DNA of 64,000 nucleotides from a virus: IMG/VR virus record IMGVR_UViG_3300037493_005727, positions 5,091 to 69,090 of that record; one strand, 5' to 3'. Shown piece by piece: positions 49,801 to 59,489 of this stretch (position 1 is its first letter; each line of letters starts with the position of its first letter). The notes under the pieces were generated by a model. It saw only the letters and a program-made list of their open reading frames with translations, ran no database searches and was not told where the DNA came from. The position numbers and the translations under genes were made by a program.

Positions 49801-52289
49801 GCGCCTACGCAGGTCTTCCCCATCGTGGCGGCTGGCTCGTTTACCTGAACGGACTCGAGGTCCCCTGCACGAGCATCCAAGTGAACTACGGGGTGGGCAT
49901 GATCCCGGAGGCGGCGCTGTCCTTTCCACCGCACCGGCTGCTCCATCGGCTTGGGGCGGAAGACCGTATCGAAGTGGTGGTGTTCTACCTCGACGACTTG
50001 GCCGACCCCGCCAACCCGGAGTTCCGCCTGTTGTTTGAAGGCGAGCTCCTGGGGTGGTCGTACACGAGCTCGAGCGCTGGACGGCAAATGACGTTCAACG
50101 CCACCGCCGACATCTCCATCTTCACGCAGCTGTACTTCTTCTTCCTCAACAACGTTGACGCCATCACCTCGTTCGTGGCGCAGCAGGGGTCGGGAGCGGC
50201 GGGGGTTCCTACCGCTGGAGCGGTGTACCCGTTCTCACTGTTCAAGAAGGGCCTCCTGTTCACTGAGGGGCCGCCTAAGCCGGAGTCGCCCCCACGCCCG
50301 GACATCACGCGCCCCTACGAAATCATCTACAACGTCATCCGCGGAATGATCGATTCTGAGATCAGCCCGAAACTCCGCGCCATCCCCTCCGTAAACTTCT
50401 TCTCCCGCTGGGTACGAAAGCGCAACTTCGTCAATCGGTTCGCGGCCCTCCCAGTGTTCGAAGACGGGGAAGGAACTCCCAAGGTATTCCCGATCCTCGA
50501 GGCCGCGCAGGCGGAGACTGCCATGCAGGCGATGCAGAACAACGTCTCGACAGCGGTCGGGAACGCGGGGACGATCTGGGAAGTCTTGCAAGAAGTCTAC
50601 GGCCACGTCCTTTTTGAAATCGCGATGCTTCCGACCGCGCCATGCGCCCGCGTCAAGCTAGCGGATGGGATGATCCTGCGTCCGGGTACAGTAATCGACT
50701 CAACCCCTGGCGGCGTAGACCCCAAGGAGCCCATCCGTCTCGTAAATTACTTCGTAAAGCCGCAGATGTACTTCGGCATCGCGCCGACGTGCAACCTGTT
50801 GTTCCCGAGCATGATCTCAAACTACTCCTACTCGGAGAGTTACCTCGCACAGCCCACGCGAACCTACGTGAACGATCAATTCATCTCAGGGATCCTGCCG
50901 CAGAACGTTGCAACCACCTCCGCGTTGACGTTCGGGTTCCCTGAAGAAGTAGGCGCCGTCTTGAAGGACAAGATGGGCGATGCGCATGCTTCGGCGCAGG
51001 CTGCTGCGCAGGCTGATGGCAAGAAGACGGGGCCTGTGGCACGTCCGGGTAACGTCTCGAAGAGCGGCAAAAACATGCTGGTGTTCCCTGAGGAGTTCTT
51101 CAAGGGACCAGTCATCCACCGAATGCCTGTGCCTTCGTGGTTCACGTACCTCCAGAACAAGGCTCCGTCGACCACCAACACCCCCACCACAAAACCTCCC
51201 GCTGCGAACGTGGAGGAAGCGCGCTCCCTAAGCGTGCTCATGGCGAGCTACGTCGAGTGGGAGCACTACCGAGCTAGGTACGAGAAGCGAGGCGGCGCGG
51301 TCAACATGGCCTGGAACCCCTACGTCGTTCCGGGCTTCCCCTGCGTCATCTTCGATCAGAAGTCGAGCGCCTTCCACACAGTCGGCTACCTGAACAGCGT
51401 CCACCAAAGCCTTGACCCGAGCGGAATGAGCACCGCGATCAACTACACGATGTCTCGCACGGTCCCAGAGATGCTGGAGTTGCTCCAAGCGGACCTGCAG
51501 AGAAATCCTGGGAAAGTTTTCGGGAGTGCCCCTCTCGAGCCGGTCACCCCGGTACGCGACATCATCCAGAACTTCGAACAGGCGGAGACGTTCTACCAAG
51601 CGCTGTTCTTCCAGCGTGAGCCGATGCCTCAGGGAAAACCGGCGTCGTTCGACTTCAGAGACGTCCTCGGGTACGACAACGGAGACGGAACTACGGACCC
51701 TATCGTCGTGGAAGAAGTGAAAACCACTACCACGACGACAGGAGGAAGTTCGACGAACGTCAACGCCTCAACGACGCAGTCCACGATAGGCGCTGGAGAA
51801 ACGACGGAAACGACGCTGACCACGACGACTACGAAAATCGTGACCACTCTCACGGGGACTAGAAACGTCGTCCCTCTGCCGGGGTACGTCCCTGTGTTCA
51901 CCCAGTACGACACCGCGATGCGCTACGTCGCACGCCCCATCTGTTCCATCACGGACTACGTGTCCTTCTTGCACGGCGGGAAAACGCTGGATCAGCTACG
52001 AGAAATCGACACTGACGTCGACGATAACGCTACGGGAGCGCAGGTGGAAGACGGAGACAATCGCTTCGGCAAAGTCATCTACTTCAAACGGATCAAGCGT
52101 CTGACGCAGGGGCCTGGAACGACGCCTCCCGATGCAATGCTCGGAGTCTCAGGGACAGGGGATGCCACTACGGCGTACACGGGGATCGCCTCCGGAGTGA
52201 GCGAAAACATCCAGACTCGCGCCGACTGGGACTCCGCGCTAGAAGCGTACCGCGCAGAGATGTACAGCCGTCTGGGGCCCCAAGAATGA
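49797..52289 (+). CDS. putative baseplate hub/central spike protein
   Basis: 830 aa with Thr-rich beta region near C-terminus. Synteny: after TMP and before W/J/I-like genes. Confidence 0.45.
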   Translation: MSAYAGLPHRGGWLVYLNGLEVPCTSIQVNYGVGMIPEAALSFPPHRLLHRLGAEDRIEVVVFYLDDLADPANPEFRLLFEGELLGWSYTSSSAGRQMTFNATADISIFTQLYFFFLNNVDAITSFVAQQGSGAAGVPTAGAVYPFSLFKKGLLFTEGPPKPESPPRPDITRPYEIIYNVIRGMIDSEISPKLRAIPSVNFFSRWVRKRNFVNRFAALPVFEDGEGTPKVFPILEAAQAETAMQAMQNNVSTAVGNAGTIWEVLQEVYGHVLFEIAMLPTAPCARVKLADGMILRPGTVIDSTPGGVDPKEPIRLVNYFVKPQMYFGIAPTCNLLFPSMISNYSYSESYLAQPTRTYVNDQFISGILPQNVATTSALTFGFPEEVGAVLKDKMGDAHASAQAAAQADGKKTGPVARPGNVSKSGKNMLVFPEEFFKGPVIHRMPVPSWFTYLQNKAPSTTNTPTTKPPAANVEEARSLSVLMASYVEWEHYRARYEKRGGAVNMAWNPYVVPGFPCVIFDQKSSAFHTVGYLNSVHQSLDPSGMSTAINYTMSRTVPEMLELLQADLQRNPGKVFGSAPLEPVTPVRDIIQNFEQAETFYQALFFQREPMPQGKPASFDFRDVLGYDNGDGTTDPIVVEEVKTTTTTTGGSSTNVNASTTQSTIGAGETTETTLTTTTTKIVTTLTGTRNVVPLPGYVPVFTQYDTAMRYVARPICSITDYVSFLHGGKTLDQLREIDTDVDDNATGAQVEDGDNRFGKVIYFKRIKRLTQGPGTTPPDAMLGVSGTGDATTAYTGIASGVSENIQTRADWDSALEAYRAEMYSRLGPQE

Positions 52290-52987
52290 ACCCTCTCAAG
52301 ACAACAGACACGGAGCTGTGGCGTCAGTGGAAGAAGACGAGAGCGCCGGGGGATCTTCAGCGCCTGCTGACACAGATGAATCCCATCCTCCTGCGAGAGG
52401 TGAACAAGTGGGCACCGTCGATGTCTCGCTCCTACCTCGAGGCCGAAGCCAAGCGACTCGCGGTCGAAGCCTTCGAATCGTACGACCCCAACTACGGAAC
52501 CGCGCTCTCGACGCACGTCGCGAGTCGGCTGCCCAAGCTCTCTCGCGTCGTATACGCCACCCAGAACACGGCGCGGCTGTCCGAGACCAAGAACCTGTTG
52601 TTCCACTCCTACCACACGGCGGGGAACGATCTGCGGGATCGGCACGGACGCGAGCCCACGAACGAGGAGCTCGCCGACCACCTGGGATGGTCTCCGAAGA
52701 AGCTCGAGACCTTCCAGCGCCAGAGCCAGCGGAAGGAGTTCGTGGAGTCTGAGGATCATCCGGACGAAGAGGACGCCGAAGACCATCTGGTAGACTACAT
52801 CTACCACGACCTTACGCCGCTTCAGAAGAGCATCTTCGAGTACTCAACGGGATACTTGGGAAAGACGAAGCTCTCCGGCGATGCGATGATGAAAAAGTTG
52901 GGGATCACCCAAGGACAGCTGAGCTACCAGAAGACTCTCATCGTCCAAGCGGTCAACAGGGCGAAGGCAGGGGCTCATGGCGGATAA
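52286..52987 (+). CDS. sigma-70-family RNA polymerase sigma factor (regions 2 and 4)
   Basis: Region 2-like LLTQMNPILLREVNKW...AVEAFESYDPNYGTALSTHVASRL. Region 4 HTH LTPLQKSIFEYSTGYLGKTKLSGDAMMKKLGITQGQLSYQKTLIVQAVNRA. Confidence 0.65.
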   Translation: MNPLKTTDTELWRQWKKTRAPGDLQRLLTQMNPILLREVNKWAPSMSRSYLEAEAKRLAVEAFESYDPNYGTALSTHVASRLPKLSRVVYATQNTARLSETKNLLFHSYHTAGNDLRDRHGREPTNEELADHLGWSPKKLETFQRQSQRKEFVESEDHPDEEDAEDHLVDYIYHDLTPLQKSIFEYSTGYLGKTKLSGDAMMKKLGITQGQLSYQKTLIVQAVNRAKAGAHGG

Positions 52988-53948
52988 CGAGACAACGAAT
53001 CAGATCCCCACGAGCTCGGAGGCCAGTGCCACAAGCCTCACGACCGACACCCTCAAGAAGTACATCGTAGACCTCGGCCGGAAAGCCTTCGAATCCTCGA
53101 ATGCCGTCCCCGCCCCTGCAGCTAAAGGGACTCTGGCCCTCCCGCAGCTCGCGGAGTCCTTCCATACGGGCTACACCAACGGGGATCCAAAGGACATCAC
53201 ATGCTGCGTCGTTAACGGATTTCTTCTCGAGAAGAACACCGCGTACGACTACATCCTGATGTCCAACGCTGCGGCAAAGGATGGCATCGGACTCCCGATT
53301 CGTTCTGGCTTCAGAACAATGGACGAGCAGACGCGCCTATACAACGAGCGAAAGAATCCTGCTGTGGCGAAAGAGAAAGGCGTGGCTGCGAGACCCGGGT
53401 ACAGCAATCACCAGTCCGGGATCGCCATCGACATCCACGTCAAGATGAAGAAGGCTGACTACATCGCAGGGATCCGGACAGCGGAGTACTTGTGGTTGGA
53501 GAAATTCGGACCGTCGTTCGGATTCGATCATGCTGAGGGGCACAAGGTCAACGAGCCTTGGCACTGGACGCACCTGCCTACGACCATCGTTGGAACCGCC
53601 GCCTACCAGAGCGCGACGGGCATGGCGGTGCTCACCTCCGCCACCGCGGTGAACGCCTCAGCGAGCAACCAACTTGGAACTCTCAGAATCCTGAACCAGG
53701 AAGGGCACGACAGCACGGTCGGGCTGTCACGCTCTTCGACCTTCCCTGACCAGAGTCGGCAGGGGGCGCTGGCAGAAAACGCGGTGTTCAAGGCGAACTC
53801 GAGCAACTACGTCAGCCACACCGTGAGCCAGCTCCAAGCGGGAACACAGACTCTTTCGGAGGTTCCGGCGGGATTCATACAGGATAGTCTCAAACCCCTC
53901 GTCTATAATTTCGCTACCGGACTCTGGGGCGACAACAAACCGGTATAG
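52977..53948 (+). CDS. peptidase M15 (VanY / L-alanyl-D-glutamate peptidase-like) cell-wall hydrolase
   Basis: SGFRTMDEQTRLY, GYSNHQSGIAIDIHV (H-x6-D zinc ligands), HAEGHKVNEPWHW. Confidence 0.7.
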   Translation: MADNETTNQIPTSSEASATSLTTDTLKKYIVDLGRKAFESSNAVPAPAAKGTLALPQLAESFHTGYTNGDPKDITCCVVNGFLLEKNTAYDYILMSNAAAKDGIGLPIRSGFRTMDEQTRLYNERKNPAVAKEKGVAARPGYSNHQSGIAIDIHVKMKKADYIAGIRTAEYLWLEKFGPSFGFDHAEGHKVNEPWHWTHLPTTIVGTAAYQSATGMAVLTSATAVNASASNQLGTLRILNQEGHDSTVGLSRSSTFPDQSRQGALAENAVFKANSSNYVSHTVSQLQAGTQTLSEVPAGFIQDSLKPLVYNFATGLWGDNKPV

Positions 53949-53954
53949 GACGCC

Positions 53955-54407
53955 ATGGCCACGACCTACGACGTGCACTTCCAGATCGTCTCCAAAGAGG
54001 AGCAGGTGGCCGCCAACGGTAAGGTGTACTCGTTCGGGTACGCCAGCGCTGTCGGCGTGAAGGGCCCGCAGAAACTAGCGAACCGCTGGCTCAAGTGCTT
54101 CTGCACCTTGAAGGGGTCGGATCTTCTCAGCCCTGAGTACGGAACAGAATTCCCAGAGATCATTGGATCCAACATCAGCCGTCGCCAGGATTTCGTTGAT
54201 GCCATGTCGCTGTACATCGATGACTGTAACGGACAGATCCAAGCGTTCGACTTGGCCCAGTTTCCTCCGGACGACGAACGCCTGGCCTCCGCTGTTTTGA
54301 CGAGCGTAGTCCCTCGCGGCGAAGACGGGTATGAAGTATACATCACCATCAAGAACATCGCGGGGACTCTCCTCACTGTTCAGGTGCCCACAGGGACGAC
54401 GCGGTAG
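53955..54407 (+). CDS. gp25/W-like baseplate wedge protein
   Basis: LKGSDLLSPEYGTEFPEII parallels the T4 gp25 KGSRPFDPEFG core. Size 150 aa. Followed by J-like gene. Confidence 0.5.
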   Translation: MATTYDVHFQIVSKEEQVAANGKVYSFGYASAVGVKGPQKLANRWLKCFCTLKGSDLLSPEYGTEFPEIIGSNISRRQDFVDAMSLYIDDCNGQIQAFDLAQFPPDDERLASAVLTSVVPRGEDGYEVYITIKNIAGTLLTVQVPTGTTR

Positions 54408-54418
54408 GAGATCTCATA

Positions 54419-56491
54419 ATGGCGACCACCATCACAATCGACGAGCAAGCACTCGAAGACGCCGACGCGTTTCTGACTGCGTACTTGTCGGAGAAGGTTC
54501 CCGACGCTGACTTCAGTCAGGGTAGCGTCATTCGCGACTTCGTCATCACGGCCATCGCCTACATCTTCGCCTACCTCGAGCAGGAGCGGAAGAAGACCCG
54601 TGAGCAGCAGTCGCTCCTCGCCCTTTCAGAGCAAGACGACAGCGAAGAAGTAGCAGACGCGGTCAACGCTCTGCTCTCCAACTGGTTCATCACCAGGAAG
54701 ACGGGGCAGGTGGCGCGGCTCACTGCGACCCTGCACTTCTCATCGGCCGCGGACGTTCCCCTCGCTCCAAGCACGCGATTCTTTCGAACCACCGACTTGA
54801 TCTTCGTGCCGGACGCCCCCGCGTCTTTCGTAATCCCGGCGTCTCGTCTCGTACCGACGTTCGACGCCAACAACGTGGTCACTGAATACACGACAACGGT
54901 CAACCTCGTAGCCAAGGACGTAGGCGTCTCCTACAACCTCCCTCCCGGGAAGTTCCTGCAGGCGGATCAGTTCAGCCCGTACTTCACCTACGCAGAGAAC
55001 CAAGCCACCATCGGTGGAGGAAAGGACATCGAGAGCACGACGGACCTGTTGGTTCGGGCTCCGACGGCGATCTCCGTCCGCAACCTCGTCAATGCGCGCT
55101 CTATCGATACGGTACTGCGTGAGACGTTCGCGGGGGTCACTCGTGTCCTGTCGCTCGGCTTCGGTGACCCAGAAATGCTTCGGGACTTCTCGAGCGAAGC
55201 GGTAACGCGACTCCGGATGCACGTGGGTGGCTTCACCGACATCTACTCGCAGCTTCCCATCACGGAAGTGGTAGAGACTGACCTGCTCCTTGGAGGCCCG
55301 TTCGCGAGGCCGGACAACACCATCGCGATGTTCAAGGACGCGGCGGCGGACTTCCTGGCAGCCACTACGGTCATCCCGGGGGACATCCTGCGCGTCGTGT
55401 CGGGTCTCCCTGACGCACCACGCGAGTACATCATCGACACGGTCAGTACGAAGACGCTCACGGTGGTCCCTCGGGCAGCGTTCTCCGAGCCCACCGACGA
55501 GGCGCTCCCCCCTCCGGGTACATACGTCAGCTACACCATCGGAAACCTCGCTCCGAACTACAGCGACAAGCGGAACGTTCAGGCTCTCCCAGTCAACGCC
55601 CCGGTATCAGGAGGCCAGACCTCTCGCATCATCCAGACGCCGTACCGGATCACCCTGCGTGGGCGTCCGCACTACCGCATCAAGCAGGTTGAGATGTACC
55701 TCGCCGCGAGTCCCGCGAGTATCTCGTACCTCACTACACGCGTAAACGGGGCCCCCATCACAGGGCAGTACCGCGTCATCGGACTCACCCCAGAGAATGG
55801 GCAATCCGCGTACGCGGTGGACCAGATCGAAGTGTACTCCGTGGACTTCCCCGACCCCACGTGGAACATGCGGGTCACGTACGACACGCTCGTTGGATAC
55901 GAGGACGTGCAGGCCCTCGTGATTGACCGCTTTGAGCGCGTGCTTGCATCCAATCCGCTCGCCAAAGGGTACAACCCTGTCTACATCCAGATGAGCATCG
56001 CCTACCGTTTGCGTATTGGCGCCACCACAACGCTAGACGAGGAGGCCATGGCGCAAACGGTGGCAACGTTCATCAACACGTTCGATCTCACGAACACCTT
56101 GGATCTGACTGCCATCACGCAGAACCTGCGAGACGCGTATCCGGACCTCGGAGTCATCGTCAACCCGACGATTCTCGCGTACGACTTGTACGCGCCCGAC
56201 GGACAGGTGTACGCCTACGAGACCCAGGACATCGTCACCATTTTCCCGTCCTACCCCTCGAACAACGCGCACCTGACAAACGGTAGCCCTGCGACGACGA
56301 CCCCCGCGGAGCTGGCTATCCGTGTCCCCATCGCGAACGCGGATCTCGACCCGACGGTGTCAGGCAACGAGACAGTTTTCGCCGCCGCGAACAAGACTCT
56401 GAAGGACCAACTGACCGTGCTCGGCGTCAGTGACAGGACGCTCATCTACCTCACCACCGCGGACGACATCACCTTCACCTTGGTCACGTAA
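54419..56491 (+). CDS. baseplate J / gp6-like protein
   Basis: 690 aa; assigned by W-J-I-fibre gene order. Confidence 0.45.
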   Translation: MATTITIDEQALEDADAFLTAYLSEKVPDADFSQGSVIRDFVITAIAYIFAYLEQERKKTREQQSLLALSEQDDSEEVADAVNALLSNWFITRKTGQVARLTATLHFSSAADVPLAPSTRFFRTTDLIFVPDAPASFVIPASRLVPTFDANNVVTEYTTTVNLVAKDVGVSYNLPPGKFLQADQFSPYFTYAENQATIGGGKDIESTTDLLVRAPTAISVRNLVNARSIDTVLRETFAGVTRVLSLGFGDPEMLRDFSSEAVTRLRMHVGGFTDIYSQLPITEVVETDLLLGGPFARPDNTIAMFKDAAADFLAATTVIPGDILRVVSGLPDAPREYIIDTVSTKTLTVVPRAAFSEPTDEALPPPGTYVSYTIGNLAPNYSDKRNVQALPVNAPVSGGQTSRIIQTPYRITLRGRPHYRIKQVEMYLAASPASISYLTTRVNGAPITGQYRVIGLTPENGQSAYAVDQIEVYSVDFPDPTWNMRVTYDTLVGYEDVQALVIDRFERVLASNPLAKGYNPVYIQMSIAYRLRIGATTTLDEEAMAQTVATFINTFDLTNTLDLTAITQNLRDAYPDLGVIVNPTILAYDLYAPDGQVYAYETQDIVTIFPSYPSNNAHLTNGSPATTTPAELAIRVPIANADLDPTVSGNETVFAAANKTLKDQLTVLGVSDRTLIYLTTADDITFTLVT

Positions 56492-56493
56492 CC

Positions 56494-58887
56494 ATGGCCC
56501 TGATCGGGAACAACAAGGACACGCTTCTCCACGGGCTCTCCGCCTTCTGGCACCGCTTTTTCCGCGACATCGGAGACGTCCAAGCCGCCTATGAGGGGGC
56601 CGAAGTTCTCTTGGGTCAGGTCTACCTGAACTACCTCAGCGACGTATTGAACACGAGCGTCGTCGAGGCGCCGTTGTTCCGCAAGGAGTTCTACAAGCTG
56701 ATCACGATTCGAGAGGACCAGCTTGTCTTCAGGGAACAGGGGACGGCTCTCCCTGACCCTGCTGGAACTCAGTTCTACGGAAACAGCGGGGTAGACCGCT
56801 ACGTCTACACGAGCGACACCATCTTCGGAGCGATCCCGCACCTGCAGGACACCATCTTCGCTCCGGCGACCTCATTCGAAGAAGGGGTGGATTACCGAGT
56901 AAAGGGCGGGGAGCTCCAGCTCAAAGTGGATCCCACGAATCCTGTCGCACCGGGGTATGCGCACCGGCGAGTAGTCATCGCGACCGGCGGGAAGTTCTCA
57001 AGCGCGACCACGCTGAACTGGCTCGCAGCGGGAGTTGAGAAGGGCGACACACTCTACTACAGCGAGGCTACGGACCTTGGCGTCGGATCTCCGCTCAGCG
57101 CGCAAAACTTGGCACGTAGCGCCACTGTCATTCACGTGACCGCCGCGCACTTGACGGTCTCCGTCGATACTCCGTTCCCCGCGTTCCCTGTAGGAGCTGA
57201 GCCGTCCGGGTTCTCCTGGCGTGTGATGCGTAAGCGTGACGACGGAATCTACAACCCCGATCTCCCACGATCCCCTGGAGGAACAGCCCCTTTCACGGAT
57301 GGACAGATCGTCAAGGTAGACGGAGCTGGAATCACGACGCTAGAGGTGAGTGAGCTCGCCTTCTGGGCCGTAGACACAAAAGTCGACGATCTCACGCTCT
57401 ACAACACGTATGGGTACTTCTTCACGAACCCTCAGCTCTCAACGGAGACCTACCGTTCGCTCGTCCGCGGACTCATGCAGTTGTACATCCTCGGACCTGC
57501 CATGGCGCGCCTCGAGAGCGCGCTCAATCTCACTGCCGGGCTCCCTACAGTCCGAACAGAGGGAGAGATCCTAGCGGCGTACGACGACGGGGTACTCGCC
57601 GGCGGTACCACGGGGACTCTCCTCGTCAATGACGTGTTCCAGTCGCCGACCTCTGTGTTCTCCGCGGAGTCAGTGGGTGGATACATTGTGATCTCGGAGT
57701 CCGACTACGCCAACAACATCGGAACGTTCAACATCATCAAGTACCTCAATGAGTACGAGGTCGTCCTCAAGCCCGCGACGACCCTCACACCAGACGCTGG
57801 CCTCAAGTGGCTGTTCACGTTGAACAATAAGCAGCTCGTCGTGACAGACCTCAATACCTACGAGTACCCCCTCAACACGCCCCTCCGCGAGGACGTCAAG
57901 GACCCCGCCAACGCGGGCACCCTCACGTTCCGAGCGTTCGAGGCACTGACGCTGGCAATCCAGGTCACAGACTACGTGCAGGACCCCGAGTGGTGGCATT
58001 CCATAACCATCCCGAAGGAGCTACTGCCTTCTGCGACTGACGCTCAGCGGGTGGTGACGGCGCAGCTCTACCCGAACCTCCTTGGCCCCGCGGGGGATGC
58101 CCACATCGGAGATCCGGGGTTCTACGTAGGGCGAAACGAAAACAGCGGAAACCTGGCCGAAGGAACAACAGGGATCTTGAGCGTTGGTAACGTCTTCAGC
58201 GTAACCGGGAATACCTTCGACGTCACCTCGGTCGGCGGCTACGTTCAGATCTACGAAGCCACGAACCCCGCCAACGTAGGGGCGTTCCTAATCGCCACAT
58301 ACATCAGCCCCACCAGCGTTACGCTGATCCCTGTGGCGCCGTTCGTACCTGAGACCCTACTCCACTGGGGCTACTTCAAAGGGCACTTAGGAGCTACGCC
58401 TTACCGGCACAATGCCGCGTTCATCCTGATGGACCGCTTCCTTAAGCTCCACATGTTCGCGGTGCTCGTAGATTCGTCGATCAGCTTGACCAATGTGCTA
58501 GTCACAGACGTGGTCAAGATCTTGAAAGACGTGAAGCCTGTGCACACAGCGCTGTACTTCAAGCCGTCAACTGCGTTCAACGACTCCATCCGGATGGACG
58601 GAGACGCCCCGGTCATCGTCAAGCCGAAACGGCGGCAAGATGAAGAGGTCACTCTGCTCGAGAACGATTTCCTCATCGGGAGCACCTGGAACATCGGGGA
58701 CACATGGGCGTTCACAAACCCCGTCGGAGGCGTCGTAACACCGAACCCCGGCGCCAACGGAATGTACGTCGCCATCGGAGGAGCCGACCCCTCCATTCAA
58801 CCCGCTGACCCGACGAATGTGCCCCCCGGCGGCCTGCCAGATTTGAGCTGGTTCGACCGCGCCCTTCATGTGTACACCCACCTCTGA
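56494..58887 (+). CDS. baseplate I / gp7-like or proximal fibre protein
   Basis: 797 aa; synteny only. Confidence 0.4.
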   Translation: MALIGNNKDTLLHGLSAFWHRFFRDIGDVQAAYEGAEVLLGQVYLNYLSDVLNTSVVEAPLFRKEFYKLITIREDQLVFREQGTALPDPAGTQFYGNSGVDRYVYTSDTIFGAIPHLQDTIFAPATSFEEGVDYRVKGGELQLKVDPTNPVAPGYAHRRVVIATGGKFSSATTLNWLAAGVEKGDTLYYSEATDLGVGSPLSAQNLARSATVIHVTAAHLTVSVDTPFPAFPVGAEPSGFSWRVMRKRDDGIYNPDLPRSPGGTAPFTDGQIVKVDGAGITTLEVSELAFWAVDTKVDDLTLYNTYGYFFTNPQLSTETYRSLVRGLMQLYILGPAMARLESALNLTAGLPTVRTEGEILAAYDDGVLAGGTTGTLLVNDVFQSPTSVFSAESVGGYIVISESDYANNIGTFNIIKYLNEYEVVLKPATTLTPDAGLKWLFTLNNKQLVVTDLNTYEYPLNTPLREDVKDPANAGTLTFRAFEALTLAIQVTDYVQDPEWWHSITIPKELLPSATDAQRVVTAQLYPNLLGPAGDAHIGDPGFYVGRNENSGNLAEGTTGILSVGNVFSVTGNTFDVTSVGGYVQIYEATNPANVGAFLIATYISPTSVTLIPVAPFVPETLLHWGYFKGHLGATPYRHNAAFILMDRFLKLHMFAVLVDSSISLTNVLVTDVVKILKDVKPVHTALYFKPSTAFNDSIRMDGDAPVIVKPKRRQDEEVTLLENDFLIGSTWNIGDTWAFTNPVGGVVTPNPGANGMYVAIGGADPSIQPADPTNVPPGGLPDLSWFDRALHVYTHL

Positions 58888-58889
58888 CT

Positions 58890-59477
58890 TTGATAGGTTC
58901 CGCGCCCATGCAAACAGCCTTCACAGGTCTCATCCCGATGCGAGGCGACTTGCGTATCACCGTACGCCGGGCCGATACGGGGGAGAAGACGTGGGGTTAC
59001 GAGATCCGTAACACCATCACCTACGCCGCCCTGAGCAACCTGGTCCTGGTTCTCGCGCAAAAGACCTACGGGTCTCCTGGGGCGCTGAATGACCCCACCA
59101 ACTCTAGCGTGCTGTACCTCCGCGTCGGAGACAGTGTCACGGCGCCCACCAGGTCAAACACGAACCTCCTGAGCCCGCTGCCGAACGCTCTTACACCGTA
59201 CACCATCACGCTGATCGACGCGAACAAGACGCTGACCACCTCGAACCCTTTCGAGATGAAGATTACGGCGACGATCCCTGCGGGAGACCTCAACGGGTCC
59301 ACTCTGCGTGAAGCAGGACTGTTCACTCGTGGATCTACAGTCGTGGCGCCTCCTGGCGAGTACCCTGCCGCCAGCGGCCGTTACCCCGAACTCTTCGCTC
59401 GCCAAGTACATCCGGACATCGTCAAGAACCCCGCCTTCGTAATTGACTACGATTGGCGTATCGCCTTTACGTCGTAA
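58890..59477 (+). CDS. tail-fibre-associated/baseplate protein
   Basis: 195 aa. Confidence 0.4.
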   Translation: MIGSAPMQTAFTGLIPMRGDLRITVRRADTGEKTWGYEIRNTITYAALSNLVLVLAQKTYGSPGALNDPTNSSVLYLRVGDSVTAPTRSNTNLLSPLPNALTPYTITLIDANKTLTTSNPFEMKITATIPAGDLNGSTLREAGLFTRGSTVVAPPGEYPAASGRYPELFARQVHPDIVKNPAFVIDYDWRIAFTS

Positions 59478-59489
59478 ATCGGAGATTCC

